From the human T2T-CHM13v2.0 reference genome, Homo sapiens: a DNA stretch of 64,000 bases. The notes beneath the pieces were generated by a model. The model made no database searches. It saw only the letters and a program-made list of their open reading frames with translations, and was not told the DNA's origin. The translations under genes and the position numbers were made by a program. Within the stretch, counting starts at the first letter, position 1. Every line of letters starts with the position of its first letter. Shown here one piece after another: positions 58,729-64,000 of this stretch. The stretch lies in NCBI RefSeq assembly GCF_009914755.1, contig NC_060930.1. One strand, given 5' to 3'.

Positions 58729-59009
58729 GGCCGGGTGCCGTGGCTCACACCTGTAATCCTAGCACTTTGGGAGGCTGAGGTGGGCAGATCACCTGAGGTC
58801 AGGAGTTCGAGACCAGCCTGGCCAACATGGCAAAACCCTGTCTTTATTGAAAAAAAAAAAAAAAATTAGCCGGGAGTGGTGGCACATGCCTGTAATCCCA
58901 GCTACTTGGGAGGCTGAGGCAGAGGTTGCAGTGAGCTGAGATCACACCATTGCATTCCAGCCTGGGCAACAAAGTGAGACTCTTGTCTCAAAAAAAAGAA
59001 AAAGAAAAA
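58729..59009 (+). mobile_element. AluS-like with internal deletion
   Basis: Alu consensus; TSD-like AAAAGGATGA. Confidence 0.88.
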
Positions 59010-60419
59010 GGATGAGTGATGGTGATTGTGGCAACTACAAGAGAAAATGCCCATCTCAAGTCATCCAGGTAGCTATAGACCATGGCACATGCAACATCAA
59101 GGGATGTGTGACAAGCTTCGCCTTCCTCAGCCTACCAAATGTGGTCACAGACACTTTCAGAACAGGCTCCCGGTGGGTTGCTCGTTAGATCCACAATGAC
59201 CGCATTTACCAATTGCTCAATGAGGGTACGGATTACAGATTTCCTTGTCCTCTCAGTGTTATTCCAGTGTTCTGCAGTGCAATTGAAGATGGAAAAATGA
59301 CCTACAAATCAATAGCTTTCAGTCTTTTTCCCCCTATGACTGAAAGTCATGTTTTACTGAAGGTCAGGGAATCCTGAGGTGACTGTAGTTAGTCTCCTAG
59401 GAGTGATTATTTCCTTGCATACTCTGGAGAGAAACTCTTCCTTAAATATGGGAATGTAATTTTTCTTGGAAGAGAGCCTGCTGTAACAAAAACACATGCT
59501 GAATTTTTTCTTTGCATAAAGGAATTAAGAGGCTTATTGATGTGAACGCTTGTTGAATAAGCAGCTCTTTAAGTTTGTGACAACAGTTATTAGGCTTGCC
59601 ATAGAGACATAGGATTTATCTTTTATTTTTAAACACAAAGTTTTATTAAGTTCCACCCACCATTTAAAATAACAAAGGGAAGGCTCCTCTAAAACGTTAA
59701 CCTCCCACCCCAAACTCTAGCCCCCATTCAGATAGCTAAAATAAGGTCTTCTCCTATTCCCTCTTCTCCTCCTGCCCTTCCTTAAAATCTATCCTGTCCC
59801 ACCTGTCACTATCCAGGAATTTAAGCAATTTTTTAATCAGACTTTGAGCACATCTTTTGTAGTTTTCTTTAGGATCTGTGTCTCATTATACTTAATATCA
59901 CATTCAAAACTCGACTCTCTACACTGACAAAACGCCAACCTGTGGTCCTGCCCCTCGCCTCAACTCTCCCAGGCATCCTCACAGTCAGGCCTCACTCACC
60001 TACATCTCCTCCCGAGCTGAGCTGACCACCTCTCTCCCCATGCAGGTGCTCTGTGAATTGTATCCTGGGTTTCAGAGCATTGCACGATGTCGTTCCTGCC
60101 TAAAAATTTCTCCTCAAACAAATCTAGTGCTCCTCCCTAGGTGGCTTTATATAGCAATTTATTAATTATCGTCTTTATATCCTCTGCTAATCTTACGTTT
60201 TTCTAGTGAATGGCCATTTTTGAAACAGCTTAACTTGGTATATGAATACAATGTAAAGGTAATGATATAATCCATTGCTCACTGAAACAAGAGAAGAATT
60301 AAATGTCTAAAATTCATGGCTAAAATAATGCCTTATTGTAAAAATAACTCCCAAGTGATAGGTCATTTGGAATTCCATGCAGGCATACATTTTAACTGCT
60401 TTGAACCAAATAAAACTCG

Positions 60420-63400
60420 CAACATGCATTTAATGTAAAAATCAATTTATTATACAACAATCATAGATAATGCTTTTTATCTACAAAGAAAAATGGCTTC
60501 TGCAGCCTCCCTGTCTACTCCATTCATGATACTATGTTCTTAAGATATAATTACTTTCAAAGGAAAACAAAGCGATATCCATATTTTCCAAACAAGGAAG
60601 CCCCCAGACACATTTATGAACGATATGGAAATATTGGAAAGAACTCAAATGGACTCCTAGATACAAAAGGCTGTTCTGCCCATCACAGTAAACACTGTTT
60701 TGCCTTAAAATAAAAATAATAAAATATTTCTCAAATGCAGGGGTGAGGACTTTACCCCGTAACATGCCTAAGTGGTTCGATATATAATTTTGATGGCTTG
60801 ACAATTGCTATGTTTAATTCCATTCAGTTAACATTCCATTTTGTTAGTTTAAAAAATTGGGGGAATTATTAATAGATATGCTTTACAGTATTTAAGTATT
60901 TTCATTCCCATGGGTCAGAGGAAATTTGAGAGAAAACATTCTCCATTTTTTTTAATAGATTATAGAAATATTAATTTTTCAATAGTTTTAGAAAAATCAC
61001 ATTAAAATAAGCATTTTGGTTTTTTGAAGTTACAACACTTAACGACAGGTTAAAATGTTTACCTGATTTATTTTTTGTGGCTAAGATTTCATAACTATTT
61101 TTTTAATTAGCCCTTGAATGGTTTAAGGCTATAAGTGTTTTATGAAGCATCTCTTGAATTGAAGACCAAATTGGAAATACACATCATGAATGAAACCTCT
61201 CTCTAGTCACTGGCATTAGTTTGAAAGTATAAGCTACCCACATTTTTCACTTTCATCAGAGAGGTTTCAAGCTGCCTTGTACTTAAAGCTGCTTGACTTT
61301 GTCTGCTGAAGGACAGCTCCCTCCTTGCCATACAGATATGAAGCCCAGGAAAACATCCAGAGTGGCAGGTATGCTATGCACTGAGACCTTAGGGCCTCAC
61401 TGGCACGTAAGAATAAGCTGAATGTGATGACCAGTGAGCATATTAGACCAGTCTGTCTTCTAAGTCTCATTTTTATCTGGAACGCACTTTGGTAAGAGAT
61501 TTCAGCCTATATTTGAGATCTAAACTGAACTAGGGTCCAGTTTCTCCAAAGGGCTTTCTCCTTGGTCCAACTTGTGTTTTGTCACAGAGGAGCCATTAAC
61601 AGTCATGCTTGAAGCTAGCCCTTGTTTTAAAATAAATTGCTGGGAGAGAACAAGACAGAACAGTTATAAGGTGATGCAAGATGGAAGTGGTGATGAAGCA
61701 CCCTAGAGCAAGTCAGCTTCAGAAAATGATTTAGAAAGATAAATGTAAGAGTCAGGGGCATCACACAGGAGACATCTGTTCAACAGAAATGGGTCGGCCG
61801 CACTGAAGGGAAGGAAGCAGGTGCAGTGCATCACCCTAGAGACTATCCTAAGCATTAGGCACCTTCCAAAAAATATGCCCAAATCCTCAGAGGGGCAGTT
61901 TACATGAAATAAAAGTACAATTTTTTTAACAGGAGAAAGTTTAAAACTAGAGCTCAGGGGGGAAAAAAAGCCGAGAGAGAAAGGCACTCTGGACGCTAAT
62001 GAGTGGGGACGGTGGTGGAAATGCCTTTCTGGTGTGCATGTATTTGATGTCAGTGTCAGGACCTAAAAACTTATTTAAAAAAATAAGGTAGGAGAGAAGA
62101 TGAAGTGACTTCATCGAAGCTAACAAGTTTTATTTTATAGGGTATAAATTAATCTTCAAAAAAATCTTCAGAAAATATTCTTTGTTTCCATTCTTGGTAG
62201 AGTTTAGTAGTGAGTAACAGTCCTGCACTTATGGAGAAAGGAAATACTCATTAATACTTTTGTCTACTTTTGTGCTTGCTTCTCAGTAGAGATCGCATAT
62301 ACCTGAGCAGGGAACAGGAGTGCTGAGTTTGCCAAACTGGCATTTTTTATCGTGGCTCATGACCGGCCCACGGCTCAGTGCTGGAATCTTTCCAAGCTAC
62401 TCCATCTTTCTCCTCCCAGCTTCAAAAACTTAAATAACCTGTGAAGAGTGACAACAGGTATCTGAGGTAATATTCACAAGTAGGCTCACAAAAAAGAGTT
62501 GACGAATTCAGTGCCTATTTTGCTCCCATCACTCTGCTACTTCTGCTAGTTCTGATTTATACATATTCCAGCAGCATGCATGTTCAAAGAAAAAGGTCGG
62601 AGTGGACTCCAGTGCTTGCTCAGAAAGTAAACGGGCAGCCAGATTTGTACACTGCTCGTGGTGTGGAGCATGGCATCTGTATAACCTAGGCTGACTGGCA
62701 CAAGAGGGAGACATGAACAGATGAATGATTAGGGAAACAGAGGAACAATCCTATCCACAGCCCCTGAATTATGAAAATCTTGCAGAAGCATTTTTTTCTC
62801 CTTAGAATAACTAATATTTAAAATAAATACCAATTTCATTACCATATCACTAAATTTAGAATCAGGAGTGGTTGTGGGAATCTGATAGACAAGACTCTGG
62901 CTTACAGAAAGAGAAGTTTTGCTAGATTTTTCTATCTTCTGTGTATGATCCCATTTTAATATTTTCTGGGGTTGATTGCTAAAGGAACAAATGGAATGAT
63001 TATGCACTGGCATTATTGCTTAATATAGATTAGAACATACCCTGTATTTAGAATATAATTAACATTTTGTTGTAAACATTTTAATCTGAACAAAACCCTT
63101 TTTATTTGGAGACTCTCTGTGAGAAACAATGCTCCACGTTTCCTGGCTGTGTATGCGTATAAGGCGTTATAAGGACAGCTTCTGGCGAAAGGTTCAGTCT
63201 GTGGGAGGGAGGGAGAGAGAAGCTGCACCAGTTCTGAGGTCCTCGGAGGTGAGCATCACCTCAATGCTGATCAAAGCATTCAGTTAACAGATTAACCTAA
63301 TAGCAATATATTAATACATTCTGGGTACAAATGATTTATGAACTCAAAAGAAATTAGTTTATCCTAAAACATGTAACCTTCAATTCAGTCTTTGCTTTAA

Positions 63401-63450
63401 AACAAGCGAATCTGTTAGGCTAGTATATGTGCTTTTTCTGTTACTCATTT
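60420..63450 (-). other. ELOVL2: ELOVL2 3'UTR (~3 kb, free of Alu/L1); distal end approximate
   Basis: follows the ELOVL2 stop; - strand AATAAA at 60446-60451 and ATTAAA at 60429-60434. Confidence 0.8.
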
Positions 63451-63576
63451 TTATTGTGCTTTCTTGTTCATCACTCCATTTGCTGCAGTGAAGTAGGCTT
63501 TGGAAAAACCATTCTTCACTTCTTTCCCTGCAGGTGGCTCTTGCATATCTTTCTTCATTGGCTTTTTTCGGTATGT
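63451..63576 (-). CDS. ELOVL2: ELOVL2 last coding exon [41 protein letters not shown]
   Basis: - strand ...ccaacag acceptor; 42 codons ending TAA; C-terminal KKXX ER-retrieval motif typical of ELOVL elongases; peptide recognised. Confidence 0.95.
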   Translation of the reverse strand, partial: TYRKKPMKKDMQEPPAGKEVKNGFSKAYFTAANGVMNKKAQ

Positions 63577-63652
63577 CTGTTGGATGTGTATATTTTGAAG
63601 AGAAAAATAAAAAGGTTATTTAATAAGACCTTGTCTTTAACAGTGCATATAG

Positions 63653-64000
<348 letters not shown>

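Overview
Human (primate) genomic DNA, Alu/L1-rich, with no prokaryotic features. Splicing GT-AG-bounded segments on the + strand gives one uninterrupted 455-aa C-terminal reading frame that I recognise as SYCP2L (synaptonemal complex protein 2-like, 6p24). There are 15 coding exons from 4122 to the TAA at 43433-43435, plus a non-coding last exon (53603-~53960). About 6.5 kb further on, the convergent - strand carries the ~3-kb 3'UTR and last coding exon of ELOVL2 (ending ...NKKAQ*). The best finding is a solo MER11 (HERV-K/HML-8) LTR, 6967-8073, antisense, with a 6-bp TSD (ACCTGT). It inserted exactly into an ancestral SYCP2L splice donor and is now mostly spliced out as a new 1035-nt intron, while both LTR ends are translated, adding 26 in-frame residues and a new exon. 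Other notable items: an 81-85-bp non-TE inverted repeat, a 35-nt tailless U2 retrocopy with TSDs, a twin-primed L1 inversion, strong RFX and CTCF motifs, several template-switch duplications, and a stop codon 37 nt upstream of the last exon junction. Gene and repeat-family names are from recall of consensus sequences, not from a database search. Repeat boundaries are approximate unless a TSD is quoted.
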